Virus record (IMG/VR): IMGVR_UViG_3300046660_000385
Coordinates: 53,859-117,858 of that record
DNA: 64,000 nucleotides
Strand: one strand, 5' to 3'
Source: a virus
Part shown: one piece after another, positions 63,862 through 64,000 of the stretch
Numbering within the stretch: the stretch's first letter is position 1
How the letters are laid out: each line of letters opens with the position of its first letter
The notes under the pieces: generated by a model
Told to the model about the DNA's origin: nothing
The model's input: only the letters and a program-made list of their open reading frames with translations
The model's database searches: none
Made by a program: the position numbers and the translations under genes

Positions 63862-64000
63862 GCGTCATCTACCTGCCCAAGGTGCGCGCCGCGCGCGCCG
63901 CCCTGAACCTGGCCGAATCCCTGTCCTCGGACCCGGTGCTGCGCGCCGCCGCCCGCGCACGCGCGCTGGGCGAGGTGATGCGCCGCGAGCGCCTCGCGCG
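63858..64000 (+). CDS. hypothetical protein, truncated by window end
   Basis: SD AAGGAG, ATGA overlap, open to the edge. Confidence 0.55.
   Translation, partial: MSVIYLPKVRAARAALNLAESLSSDPVLRAAARARALGEVMRRERLA

Noticed and set aside
1-64000. Integrase/att sites, protelomerase, reverse transcriptase/DGR, tRNA, rRNA, IS elements
   Set aside because: No supporting motifs seen in this window; they could lie outside it

Overview
The whole window reads as one GC-rich temperate phage that is probably maintained as a plasmid (phage-plasmid) in a betaproteobacterium, possibly Oxalobacteraceae. No host genes, integrase, terminase or capsid are visible. 1-37.5 kb (+) is a podovirus-like late module: adaptor, nozzle and tail proteins, two paralogous Pro-rich/coiled-coil/Ser-Thr-Asn-tailed virion proteins, an SLT ejection protein, a 7229-aa DarB-like polyvalent protein and a lysis cassette. 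37.5-57.9 kb (-) is an early/accessory arm: many small ORFs, a TrfA-family initiator next to a readable iteron origin (iterons, DnaA boxes, IHF site, GGTT repeats), two H-NS paralogs, ParA/ParB with four dispersed palindromes, NinB, SSB, a stand-alone RNA polymerase alpha-CTD, a YqaJ exonuclease and a CI-like repressor. 58-64 kb (+) holds a Cro-DUF4406 fusion, Ref nuclease, SF2 helicase, TOPRIM primase, a structured intergenic region and a vWA protein. The best novel candidate is a 132-aa gene overprinted in the +1 frame inside the giant gene, between its methyltransferase and helicase domains. All family calls come from motif recognition by eye, not database searches; domain boundaries are approximate.
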